Positions 1 to 9,117 of a stretch of DNA of 64,000 nucleotides are shown piece by piece (position 1 is the first letter of the stretch; each line of letters begins with the position of its first letter). The DNA comes from an uncultured Candidatus Saccharibacteria bacterium (GTDB taxonomy: Bacteria > Patescibacteriota > WWE3 > 2-01-FULL-39-13), in contig OZ246395.1 in the NCBI GenBank assembly GCA_965230915.1, positions 536,935 to 600,934 on the forward strand. The letters run 5' to 3'. The translations under genes and the position numbers were made by a program. Under the pieces are notes generated by a model. That model did not search any database and had not been told where the DNA came from. It saw only the letters and a program-made list of their open reading frames with translations.

Positions 1-339
1 AAGCGGCGTGGATAGTTCGCCATAAATACCTTTCTGAAAATTCATTACGTCCCTTACGCCGATAGAAACTTTCAGATCATGTGGAAGTGCCTTTATTGCG
101 TCATCACGCATATGATCAGGATATGATTTTAGATCACAAATGTCGGATATCTCTGACTTTGCTGCATAATTCGTATGCGTCATAAGAAAAATCGGGTTAT
201 CCCCATTTTTCATGTAGCACCAAATTGTGCAAATATTGTCAGTGACATCGAAAGTTGCCATAACTGAAGTTCCGTCAGTTAGCTTAAACTGCGAACTTGG
301 CTTAAGCTTGCCAGTCATATCAACTGTTACTCTGGACAT
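1..339 (-). CDS. hypothetical protein, runs off window start
   Basis: Open frame from ATG at 339 (MSRVTVDMTGKLKPSSQF...) to the window edge; GGAGG SD just upstream; absent from the ORF track because truncated. Confidence 0.6.
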   Translation of the reverse strand, partial: MSRVTVDMTGKLKPSSQFKLTDGTSVMATFDVTDNICTIWCYMKNGDNPIFLMTHTNYAAKSEISDICDLKSYPDHMRDDAIKALPHDLKVSIGVRDVMNFQKGIYGELSTPL

Positions 340-431
340 ATTGCCTCCCAGTTGTGAAATGTACCAATCATACTTCGAGTTGAAATATTGTAGTTATTAT
401 AGAGTAAAAATTTGGAATTCAATAAGGATAA

Positions 432-701
432 TTATTTATAAAGCGCCCTTCTCCAAACCGAAAAAATCATAGTCTTGTCGGTTCCTTCATAGTTTCTTTT
501 AGCCATAACGCCAACTTCCTGTCGTTCACTAACCTTCATAGAATACATTTTCGAGCCGGGAATAAAACCTTCCTCTGATCTTTTGTAGTCTTTTAGAACT
601 TTTTTTGCCAAATCCATGCTTACTTTATGCTCGCGCATTTTTTTAAAAGCATTATCAGTAAAAATGTATTTATCTCCCCAGAATTTTTTAATTCCGAACA
701 T
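432..701 (-). CDS. small basic hypothetical protein (DUF4258-like)
   Basis: 89-aa ORF; FTDNAFKKMREH resembles the DUF4258 N-terminal motif; TAAAT-type -10 just upstream. Confidence 0.55.
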   Translation of the reverse strand: MFGIKKFWGDKYIFTDNAFKKMREHKVSMDLAKKVLKDYKRSEEGFIPGSKMYSMKVSERQEVGVMAKRNYEGTDKTMIFSVWRRALYK

Positions 702-716
702 GAGTGTATTTTAGCA

Positions 717-2027
717 CTAAGCTTTTTCTTGAAGATATCTTTCAGTCAGCATTTTTGAGTATTTAGAATGCATCGCATATAGGGTAATAGCCAAACCTAT
801 AATTCCTGTTAAGGTGAACACAATTGCCATTCCACGATTTGCACCAACTCCATACCAATCTCCTATTAGTTCAGCTCCTAGTCCTCCTTCGCTCATAAAT
901 GGAATAAATATAAATTGTGTAATTGGTCCAATTAAAAATGCTGTTAGTGGAGATGCCATTTGTTCAACACTTTGCGAAAATCCAAATACCCTACCCTGTC
1001 TATCAGACGGAACTACTTTTTGAATAATAGTTTGTTCAGCAGCTTCAATATAAGGTACAACCGCCATATAAATAAACATGCCGATACCTAAAAGCCAGAT
1101 CCATGGCTGAACTGTAAAGAAAATACTAATTACCCAAATAACAACATTTGCTAAAAACAAAGCCCGTAAGGGATCTTTCCCAAGTCCCCATTTTGAAATT
1201 ATGAAACCTCCTAACATGAATGATGTACTTAAAATCGCGAATAATAATCCCCATGTTTGAACCGAAACTAAAGATAAACCGTAGGCGTCCATAAGCGACA
1301 TAAAAACTCCGCCTAAAAAGTTGTTAATTGTCGCAAACAGAATCAGCGCAAATAAACCAGGTACCGCATTGATAATTTTAAAAGTTCCCTTTATATCAAG
1401 TTTACCCATATTTGCGGCTTCACCTTCGAGATGTACAATTTTATTTTCAGGAATATTTATAAAATACATATGAACAACAGAAATAAGGCTAGCTATAACG
1501 CCGATAATTAGAACGTGAAACATTCCTGAATGGGCCACTAAAAAAGAGCTAATTACAGAGACCCCCATAAAAGCTATTCCATTTACCATTCCTAGCATAC
1601 CGTTGGCTTTGTCTCTGGTATCTGCAGGGACTAAAATTGTAACTATTGTTGGAATCGCGATTCCGCGTAAATTGCCCGAAATAACTCCAAATAGAAGTAC
1701 GACAATAAAAATCCATAAAATTGGCTTGTTAATATCGGTAAATCCGTTTGCTCCTACTATTTGATAAATTATGAAACCAACTAAAAATAGTAAGCCTGAT
1801 ATTAAGCTCGAAGCCATCATTACGTCTTTTTTTCTATTGTGATCGACTATGCTACCAAACCAAAATCCTGATAAAGCAGTTGCTAAAAGGTAGATTCCAG
1901 AAGCAATAGAAGTAACCAAAACTGAGCCTGTCTGCAAATATCCAAAAAAGATAATCGCAAACCACACGGTCATATTCGTAATACCACCGATCACTGTATT
2001 CACTAAAAGGTTATAGAAAGTTTTCAT
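717..2027 (-). CDS. MFS transporter (DHA3-like efflux)
   Basis: About 12 hydrophobic segments; motif A-like GSIVDHNRKK; QGRVFG loop motif. Confidence 0.9.
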   Translation of the reverse strand: MKTFYNLLVNTVIGGITNMTVWFAIIFFGYLQTGSVLVTSIASGIYLLATALSGFWFGSIVDHNRKKDVMMASSLISGLLFLVGFIIYQIVGANGFTDINKPILWIFIVVLLFGVISGNLRGIAIPTIVTILVPADTRDKANGMLGMVNGIAFMGVSVISSFLVAHSGMFHVLIIGVIASLISVVHMYFINIPENKIVHLEGEAANMGKLDIKGTFKIINAVPGLFALILFATINNFLGGVFMSLMDAYGLSLVSVQTWGLLFAILSTSFMLGGFIISKWGLGKDPLRALFLANVVIWVISIFFTVQPWIWLLGIGMFIYMAVVPYIEAAEQTIIQKVVPSDRQGRVFGFSQSVEQMASPLTAFLIGPITQFIFIPFMSEGGLGAELIGDWYGVGANRGMAIVFTLTGIIGLAITLYAMHSKYSKMLTERYLQEKA

Positions 2028-2097
2028 ACTATTTACATTTGGGAAATTAAAAACGATGCTGTAATTTTACCAAAAATATTGGATTAAATTAATTGAA

Positions 2098-2517
2098 TTA
2101 TTCTGTAGCTTTATTATCAGCGCTATATTGAAGCGACCAGCGGAACCCATATTGATCTGTAAAAGCTCCAAACCAGCCAAAAAACATTTTCTCTAGAGGC
2201 ATAATAATATTCCCACCACTAGAAAGCTTTTCGAAACGCATTTTAAGTTCATCTTCACTCGTACAAACGAGTGTAATATCAAGACGATTTCCCATTATCG
2301 GGTTTTCATCCGCCATATCTGAACCCATCAACATTATATTTCCACTATTTAAAATCGAATGCATAATATTGTCTTTATTTTGCACCGGGACATTTGATTC
2401 CATAGGGGTTCCTCTAAAGGTCATGAAATTAACTTCTCCACCTAAGCAACTTTGATAAAAAGTCATTGCTTCACGACAATTTCCGGTAAATTTTAAATAA
2501 GGAATTAGGTCAGCCAT
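2098..2517 (-). CDS. VOC/glyoxalase family protein (PhnB-like)
   Basis: PYLKFTGNCREAMTFY, IMHS, MGSD, FTDQYGFRW motifs. Confidence 0.9.
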   Translation of the reverse strand: MADLIPYLKFTGNCREAMTFYQSCLGGEVNFMTFRGTPMESNVPVQNKDNIMHSILNSGNIMLMGSDMADENPIMGNRLDITLVCTSEDELKMRFEKLSSGGNIIMPLEKMFFGWFGAFTDQYGFRWSLQYSADNKATE

Positions 2518-2553
2518 ACTAGAATTATGTACTGCTGGTAATAAAAAGTAAAC

Positions 2554-2583
2554 AAAAAAGGCCGGTCTTGCGATCGGCCTTTT
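2554..2583. terminator. intrinsic terminator downstream of SWIB gene
   Basis: AAAAAAGGCCGGTC-TTGC-GATCGGCCTTTT stem-loop with A/T tracts on both sides. Confidence 0.8.
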
Positions 2584-2592
2584 GTAAGTTAA

Positions 2593-2847
2593 TTACGAAA
2601 GGTGTGCTGAAACAAGTTTTGTCATTTCAAACATTGAAACCTGATCTTTTCCACCAAAAATTGGCTTTAATTTGTCATCAGCATTTATATTTCTTTTATT
2701 TGCTGAATCCTGTAAGTCATTTTTCTTTATGTATTCCCACAATTTCTTAGTAACTTCGGTTCTAGGCATTGGGCCTTTTCCAACTACTTCTTCTAGCTCT
2801 GCGCTAAGATTCATTGGTTTTGCGAGTCCTTTTGGAGTTTCTGCCAT
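2593..2847 (-). CDS. stand-alone SWIB/MDM2 domain protein
   Basis: LSAELEEVVG, RTEVTKKLWEYIKKNDLQD, INADDKLKPIF and HL signature. Confidence 0.92.
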   Translation of the reverse strand: MAETPKGLAKPMNLSAELEEVVGKGPMPRTEVTKKLWEYIKKNDLQDSANKRNINADDKLKPIFGGKDQVSMFEMTKLVSAHLS

Positions 2848-3012
2848 TAAATAATCACCACCTAGAATTTAATTTAAATAAATATCTATGTGAATAATTT
2901 ACTTTGCCTAGGGAATATAAGCAATAGGCTGGGTAAAGGATGCTTTCAGCTATTGAGATTTACAACCAGATGGTAGTTGTTATAAATACTTATAATTCTT
3001 ATAATATCTTCG

Positions 3013-4134
3013 ATGGATCAACTCACAGACCTTAATAAAGTTACAGAAGAAATTATCGGAGCCGAAGAGCTTCAATCGTTTTTAGACCGCAAAGAAACAC
3101 TTAACCACTACATAGGATTTGAAATTTCAGGACTTGTCCACTTAGGGACTGGTTTGGCTTCTGGGCTTGTTGTACGCGAACTTCAAAAACTCGGAGTTAA
3201 TACTTGTTACTTTTTAGCAGATTGGCACACATGGATAAATAACAAATTAGGCGGAGATCACGAATTTATTAAAAAGGTTGGAGAATTATACTTTGGCCCG
3301 GCATTAAAAATTTCGGCACAAATCGCAGGAGCACGACCAGATTTAATTGAAATAAAAAACGGTTCTGATTTATACCACAATAACGACCGATACTGGCAAG
3401 AAATTGTCGATATTGGAAAGAATTTAACACTTTCTAGAATGGTCAAATCAACAACTATAATGGGTCGTAGTGAATCAGAAAGCATGCCTTTTGCTTACTT
3501 AATTTACCCTGCAATGCAGGTTGCGGATATTTACGAAATGAATCGCAACGTTGCCCATGCCGGAACTGACCAGAGAAAAATCCATGTTATCGCTCGTGAA
3601 GTTGCTGATAAATTAAAAGTGAATCCATTAAAAGATTCGGCTGGAAATATAATTAAGCCAATAGCAATTCACCATCACCTACTTTTAGGATTACAAAAAC
3701 CTGCAACATGGCCATTACCTGAAGGTGAAGAAAAAACTGCAATGCGTGCCCAAATGAAGATGAGCAAATCTATAAAAGGTTCGGCAATTTTTATTCATGA
3801 CACTCCAGAAGAAATTAGCGAAAAAATTAAGGGAGCTTTTTGCCCAGAAAAAGAGACTGAATACAATCCTGTTTTAGACTGGTGCGAACATATGATTTTC
3901 CCAATTAAAGGTCGAATGGAAATTAAACGCGATGAAAAATTTGGCGGAAATATTTTGGCAAATTCTTACGAAGAACTAAAAGACCATTTTGCATCTGGCA
4001 ATTTGCACCCGGTAGATTTAAAAAATAATGTTGCTGAAATTTTGATCGAAATGCTAGAACCAGCTCGAAAGATGTTTGATTCTGATGACGCAAGAGATTT
4101 GATTAAAGAGATTAGAGAAAGACAATCTAGATAG
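3013..4134 (+). CDS. tyrS: tyrosyl-tRNA synthetase, archaeal/eukaryotic type
   Basis: YIGFEISGLVHLG (HIGH-like), YPAMQVAD, AGTDQRKIH, KMSKS, AFCP, LHPVDLK; 373 aa, no S4 domain. Confidence 0.93.
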   Translation: MDQLTDLNKVTEEIIGAEELQSFLDRKETLNHYIGFEISGLVHLGTGLASGLVVRELQKLGVNTCYFLADWHTWINNKLGGDHEFIKKVGELYFGPALKISAQIAGARPDLIEIKNGSDLYHNNDRYWQEIVDIGKNLTLSRMVKSTTIMGRSESESMPFAYLIYPAMQVADIYEMNRNVAHAGTDQRKIHVIAREVADKLKVNPLKDSAGNIIKPIAIHHHLLLGLQKPATWPLPEGEEKTAMRAQMKMSKSIKGSAIFIHDTPEEISEKIKGAFCPEKETEYNPVLDWCEHMIFPIKGRMEIKRDEKFGGNILANSYEELKDHFASGNLHPVDLKNNVAEILIEMLEPARKMFDSDDARDLIKEIRERQSR

Positions 4135-4609
4135 AATCAGCTTTATTTAATTCTTCTTCATATCTTAAAATTTCCTCCATTGTTGGAACATTATATCTGG
4201 CTCTCAACTCATCTGTAGTTTCGGGATCAACAGGATACAAATACCAACTATCACTATCCTTATCTTTTCTATATTGTGTCCCATATTTTTGGTACGGCTG
4301 ACTAGTATTAGTTAAGTATCTGTCTGTTGCAGCCGCATATAACCATAGCCCACGCTTTTCACCTAACTCAGCAGCCTTTTCAGCAAGATCCTTAGCCTTT
4401 AGAAAGTCGTCAGGGCTATTGCCATGCTGAAAAATCATTGCAGCGTGATAATAATCTTCTCCGGTCAATAATTGTTTCCGCGTAATTAGTTTTTCGACTT
4501 TAATTCTCCGATCCATATCTCTGTCAGAAGTACCCTTTTTAAAATCTTTACCATTGGGATTTCTATCATTTTGGTCTTCATCATAAATTGCTTTTAACTG
4601 CTTGTTCAT
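4127..4609 (-). CDS. conserved hypothetical protein (DUF6624-like)
   Basis: DQNDR, AAMIFQHG, AAATDRYL, QKYGTQY, RARYNVP motifs. Confidence 0.7.
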   Translation of the reverse strand: MNKQLKAIYDEDQNDRNPNGKDFKKGTSDRDMDRRIKVEKLITRKQLLTGEDYYHAAMIFQHGNSPDDFLKAKDLAEKAAELGEKRGLWLYAAATDRYLTNTSQPYQKYGTQYRKDKDSDSWYLYPVDPETTDELRARYNVPTMEEILRYEEELNKADSI

Positions 4610-4639
4610 AGAATGATTTTAGCATTGTAAGATCGGCTT

Positions 4640-5395
4640 ATGGTGAAACTCAAATTTGAAATCGACGATAATATCTTAATTCCATATATAATTGCCCGGG
4701 CTCATAAAGATGGAATAATCGGATATGCCAGAGAAAAATACACAAAAGATTTTGTTACCTTTCACAATAAAGCATATAAAAAATCAGAAAAACTCTATGA
4801 AACACTTAGAGGAAGAATCTTCAATGCTCTTTCCTATTCTGAAATTTCAGATTATAAAGAACTAGGTAAAAAATTAGATGCGTTCATCATAGATGTATCA
4901 CAATTGGATGAGTATAGAAAATTAAAAACCCAAACCATACAAAGTTCCGAACCGATTAAAAAAGAATGGGATAAAAATTATGAGAAAACCTATGAGTATC
5001 TCCTTAATATCGGAATAAAAATATCTGGAGAATTTACGATCATCTTAGTTCATCCTGCTCTTCCAGCTGGCCACTATTATGGCAATAATAGAATTTGCTG
5101 GTCTAATCAAACCTATTGGCCAAACTACAATACAGTTTATATTTGGCACGAAATTTTACATTCTTTTTTTGAAAGCGGAAAGCACACGCATGCTTTAGTC
5201 GAGTTAATAACCGATGATCATATGAGGTCAATTTTAAACGGAGATAAATACCCCCCATTTTTTGGTCACGATTTTTTGAAAGATTTTAAAGAGAATGCGT
5301 TGCCAATCTGGCAAAAATATCTATATTCAAAAGATAAAAATATAAAAAATCTTGTTAAAGAATTTAAAGTAGCTTACGCGAACTTTAGTCAATAA
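4640..5395 (+). CDS. hypothetical protein with HExxH zincin-like motif
   Basis: 251-aa ORF; WHEILHS followed by HALVE as possible third ligand. Confidence 0.6.
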   Translation: MVKLKFEIDDNILIPYIIARAHKDGIIGYAREKYTKDFVTFHNKAYKKSEKLYETLRGRIFNALSYSEISDYKELGKKLDAFIIDVSQLDEYRKLKTQTIQSSEPIKKEWDKNYEKTYEYLLNIGIKISGEFTIILVHPALPAGHYYGNNRICWSNQTYWPNYNTVYIWHEILHSFFESGKHTHALVELITDDHMRSILNGDKYPPFFGHDFLKDFKENALPIWQKYLYSKDKNIKNLVKEFKVAYANFSQ

Positions 5396-6608
5396 AGCTT
5401 AGCGCTACACCCTTTTTATTAGCTCTACCTGTTCTTCCAATTCTGTGTACGTAGTCTTCGTAGCTTTCTGGTAAATCATAGTTAATAACATGAGAAATAT
5501 CAGAAACATCGATTCCACGTGAAGCAACATCTGTTGCTAATAAAACCTTAACCTGGCTTCGTTTAAATAAGTCTAGAGCACGTTTTCTTTGTGATTGGCG
5601 TTTGTCACCATGAATGGCTGCAACTTTAAATCCACGATCTAATAGTTCGCCTTCAAGTTTTTCGACTCCGTTTTTTGTTTTTCCGAAAACTAAAACTTTT
5701 ATAAATTCTTCTTTAATTAAAAGGTCGTGTAATACTTCAACTTTTGATCGACCCGCAATACGAATAATATCTTGGTCGACATTTTTTGCGGTATCACCTG
5801 TTTTTACAGAAATTGTAACCGGGTCGACCATTAACGAGTTCATAACAGAAGTTACTTCAGGAGACATAGTTGCTGTAAAGAACAAAGATTGTCTTTGTTG
5901 AGCTAAATTAGAAATCAAATATTTGATATCTATAATAAATCCCATATCAAGCATTCTGTCGACTTCGTCTAAAACGATAGTTCCGAATTTATATAAATCT
6001 AAATTTTTTCTTTCGTGTAAATCCTTAAGACGACCAGGTGTTCCAATAACTAGGTTTGGCTGTCTTCTAAGTCTTTGAATTTGGCCGTAGATATTAGCTC
6101 CGCCGATACAAAGCGTTGAATAAATTCCCATACCAACTGAAAACTTTTTGAATTCAGTATCGATTTGTTCTGCTAATTCTCTTGTTGGAGCAATTATCAA
6201 AACTCTATGGTCTTTATTTAAGAAACATTTGTTAATTATCGGAATTAAAAATGCAGCAGTTTTTCCTGTACCAGTATTTGCGATACCAACAACATCGCGT
6301 CCCATTAAAGTATGTGGAATTGACTGATCTTGAATCGGAGTTGGCTTGTCGTACCCCATGTTACGAATATTTGCTTTTAATTTATCGTGAATTGCAAAAT
6401 CGCTAAATATATTAGCGTTTTCATATGGAGCTACTTCGACTATTTCAGCCTTTCTAACAAGTAAGTTTAAATCAAATCTAAAAGATGATTTGAACCGGTT
6501 TCCGCCTCTTCGACCCCCACGGCGAAATCCTCCACCATGACCATTAGATCTGCGACCACCACCATATCCACCTCTTCGATTATTTGAACTTTTGTTATTT
6601 TTGTACAT
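5385..6608 (-). CDS. DEAD-box RNA helicase
   Basis: Q motif PTPIQ, ANTGTGKT, PTREL, DEVD, ASRGID, YVHRIGRTGR; N-terminal RGG-rich tail. Confidence 0.97.
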   Translation of the reverse strand: MYKNNKSSNNRRGGYGGGRRSNGHGGGFRRGGRRGGNRFKSSFRFDLNLLVRKAEIVEVAPYENANIFSDFAIHDKLKANIRNMGYDKPTPIQDQSIPHTLMGRDVVGIANTGTGKTAAFLIPIINKCFLNKDHRVLIIAPTRELAEQIDTEFKKFSVGMGIYSTLCIGGANIYGQIQRLRRQPNLVIGTPGRLKDLHERKNLDLYKFGTIVLDEVDRMLDMGFIIDIKYLISNLAQQRQSLFFTATMSPEVTSVMNSLMVDPVTISVKTGDTAKNVDQDIIRIAGRSKVEVLHDLLIKEEFIKVLVFGKTKNGVEKLEGELLDRGFKVAAIHGDKRQSQRKRALDLFKRSQVKVLLATDVASRGIDVSDISHVINYDLPESYEDYVHRIGRTGRANKKGVALSFID

Positions 6609-6846
6609 TTATTTGAGCTTTAGCTATCAAAACAATAGAACTGCTTAGGAGGCACAACGTTAATGCCTCAGGACTATCCTTAATTAAAAAGAAATATATT
6701 AAATGAAGAAAAAGATACGTAAAAAAGTAAGCAGTGAAACTGCTGTCCCGTTAACCGGGAGTAATATTGATAGGAGTATCTCTATCTATGCGATTTAATG
6801 TCTTAAATAAGCAGATCTATTGCCTAGATCTACTAAAGCTTGTGTA

Positions 6847-6875
6847 ATACTACAGGATAACTATAGACATGTCAA
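6847..6875 (-). promoter_or_regulatory. sigma70 promoter of DEAD-box helicase
   Basis: TTGACA-N17-TAGTAT on the minus strand, about 240 nt upstream of the start codon. Confidence 0.65.
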
Positions 6876-6940
6876 GGACGCTTTATACGTAAAAATTGTC
6901 ATATTGACTCTTTCAAAATACACCTACATACTTAATATAT

Positions 6941-7117
6941 ATGAAAAGTAACGACCGCATAAACCAGGTTACCCCTGTTTCACGTGTTTTAGCTGCAGTC
7001 ATATTCGTTATCCTCCCTTTCATAGGCTTCTGGATTGGTTTTACATACCAAAACGAATTAAATGATATGTACAAAGCTTGCACAGAAATGAGAATGGAAA
7101 CCACACAAGGTAATTAA
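6941..7117 (+). CDS. small single-TM membrane protein (58 aa, below ORF-track cutoff)
   Basis: MKSNDRINQVTPVSRVLAAVIFVILPFIGFWIGFTYQ...; TTGACT-N17-CATACT promoter 8 nt upstream of ATG. Confidence 0.7.
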   Translation: MKSNDRINQVTPVSRVLAAVIFVILPFIGFWIGFTYQNELNDMYKACTEMRMETTQGN

Positions 7118-7175
7118 TTCCGACTATTGATAATTTTTATTAGCCAAAGCTAATATCTTTTAGTATAGTTGCTTA

Positions 7176-8246
7176 ATGAGATTTGGGATCCTAATTTCCA
7201 GCCTTATACTTGTACTAGTATTCATCTGCCTCTATTTATGGTGGAACTATAGAAATTCGTCGTCAAGTCTACCGTCTTCACAGGAAATTTCTGAGAATAT
7301 TCATGAATCATTAAATATTAATGAAAGTATGGCCGAACCAGCCGCACTTGATATCGAATATATGCGTAGTCAGAACTACCCAGGAAGCGATTTAGTCGTT
7401 GAAGAAACGCTATCTCCCGGTTCAAATTACACGAGGCAAGTTGTTTCTTACCAATCTGACGGATTAAAAATTTACGCTCTTTTGACCATTCCAAACGGCG
7501 AAAAACCGGAAACAGGTTGGCCGGTAATCGTTTTCAACCATGGGTATATTCCTCCAGCCCAATATAGAACAACAGAAAGATATATTGCTTACACAGATGC
7601 ATTCTCACGCAATGGTTATATTCTAATAAGACCTGATTACCGAGGACACGGAAGTTCTGAGGGTTCTCCTGAAGGCGCTTATTATTCTCCGGCATACACA
7701 CGTGATGTTTTAAATGCCTTAGCATCGGTTAAAAAGCATCCTGATGCCGATGTTAATAGAATTGGTATGTGGGGGCATTCAATGGGAGGAAGTATTACTT
7801 TGAGATCTATGGTTATTTCAAAAGACATTAAGGCTGGAGTAATTTGGGCTGGAGTTGTAGCCTCGTATGAAGACATGGCTAATAATTGGAATCGAACCCG
7901 ACCATTTACTCCTTCTCCTCTAGAACAACAAACAAGAAGACCCACGCGACAAGAGTTAATAGATAAATATGGAGACTTTTCTGCAAACCCTGAATTTTGG
8001 CAATCAATTTCGCCAATTTATCATGTTAAGGAAGTATCTGGTCCAATACAAATTCATCACGGAACCGCAGATGCAGAAGTTCCAGTGCTATTTAGCGAAA
8101 GGCTAGATGAAGCTATGAAAGCTGCAGGCAAAACCGATGAGCTATATGTATATGAAGGAGACGATCATAATTTATCGCGCAATTTGAGCACAGCACTAAA
8201 GAGATCTGTCGAATTTTTTGATAAATACGTAAAAAACTCCCAATAA
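7176..8246 (+). CDS. membrane-anchored alpha/beta hydrolase (S9 peptidase-like)
   Basis: N-terminal TM; GHSMGG nucleophile motif; HGTADAEV; GDDHN. Confidence 0.9.
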   Translation: MRFGILISSLILVLVFICLYLWWNYRNSSSSLPSSQEISENIHESLNINESMAEPAALDIEYMRSQNYPGSDLVVEETLSPGSNYTRQVVSYQSDGLKIYALLTIPNGEKPETGWPVIVFNHGYIPPAQYRTTERYIAYTDAFSRNGYILIRPDYRGHGSSEGSPEGAYYSPAYTRDVLNALASVKKHPDADVNRIGMWGHSMGGSITLRSMVISKDIKAGVIWAGVVASYEDMANNWNRTRPFTPSPLEQQTRRPTRQELIDKYGDFSANPEFWQSISPIYHVKEVSGPIQIHHGTADAEVPVLFSERLDEAMKAAGKTDELYVYEGDDHNLSRNLSTALKRSVEFFDKYVKNSQ

Positions 8247-8324
8247 TTTGACAGATTAATACAAAACCTATAATTTTACACCAGAGACCGTTTGTGAAGT
8301 TCATTCAATAATAAAGAGGATCAT

Positions 8325-8648
8325 ATGGAATGCTGCTGTTTATCAGTTGCACTCGTGGTATTAGCCCTATTTCCTAAGTTTCAAGGGCTACTAAGATGTC
8401 TGTTCCCCAGAATAAATGGTTGCGGAACCTGTCTTATACTCATGGCGTTTGTTCTGATAGGAATGGTAACCTTCACTTGGATTACAGGCGCTGGCTCTTA
8501 TGCAACGAGCGGAATTGCCAATCTGAGAAATTTCACAATTGGAGATTTCTCAGCTCCGGATGTTGCCCCTGGACTGTTTTTAGTGGGGATCTTTAAGTGG
8601 CTGGTTGATTTTTTGATGCAATTTATCAACGGGACACCGATGTCGTGA
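8325..8648 (+). CDS. Cys-rich small membrane protein, unknown function
   Basis: AGAGGA SD; hydrophobic segments; followed by hairpin. Confidence 0.6.
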   Translation: MECCCLSVALVVLALFPKFQGLLRCLFPRINGCGTCLILMAFVLIGMVTFTWITGAGSYATSGIANLRNFTIGDFSAPDVAPGLFLVGIFKWLVDFLMQFINGTPMS

Positions 8649-8660
8649 ATATGGTCCTTT

Positions 8661-8697
8661 GAGCCGCCTTCAATTATAACTATATAAAAGGCGGCTC
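8661..8697. repeat. GAGCCGC-type inverted repeat, copy 1
   Basis: GAGCCGCCTT-(AT-rich)-AAGGCGGCTC. Confidence 0.8.
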
Positions 8698-8789
8698 CTG
8701 ATCCCCCCCTGCAATATAGACCTATAGACATTTTTGTGATAACTTATAGGCAAGAAAAAGGCTGATAACTACAAAGAAAGGAACTAATC

Positions 8790-9050
8790 TTGAACACACT
8801 TCTCTTAAGTTGTGTAGTTACAATAGCTTTTTGCGCGGCATTCCTACTTATTTTAGTAGTGATCGTACGACTCAGCAGGTTCGAATTCGTTCGAGGATTC
8901 TTCTTCGGAGGACTTCTCGGGGTGTTTGGTAATATTTTCTTTTTCTGGCTGGCAAGTTTTATATGGCCGGAATGGCAAATTTACTATTTTATTAAAGGCA
9001 TTTGGTCAATCGCCTTAGCTTTTTTGTTCGGCGGTACCGGCCTTAACTGA
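8790..9050 (+). CDS. small multi-TM membrane protein, unknown function
   Basis: GAAAGGA SD, TTG start, three hydrophobic segments. Confidence 0.6.
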   Translation: MNTLLLSCVVTIAFCAAFLLILVVIVRLSRFEFVRGFFFGGLLGVFGNIFFFWLASFIWPEWQIYYFIKGIWSIALAFLFGGTGLN

Positions 9051-9094
9051 GAGCCGCTTTGCTTATAAGTAATTCATATAAAGCAAAGCGGCTC
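9051..9094. repeat. GAGCCGC-type inverted repeat, copy 2
   Basis: GAGCCGCTTTGCTT-(AT-rich)-AAGCAAAGCGGCTC directly after the stop codon. Confidence 0.8.
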
Positions 9095-9117
9095 CAAATT
9101 TCTTATAATTAAACAGA

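Noticed and set aside
8661-9094. Canonical integron attC sites or CRISPR repeats
   Set aside because: No RYYYAAC/GTTRRRY ends, only two copies, gene-length spacing, and no intI or cas gene in the window
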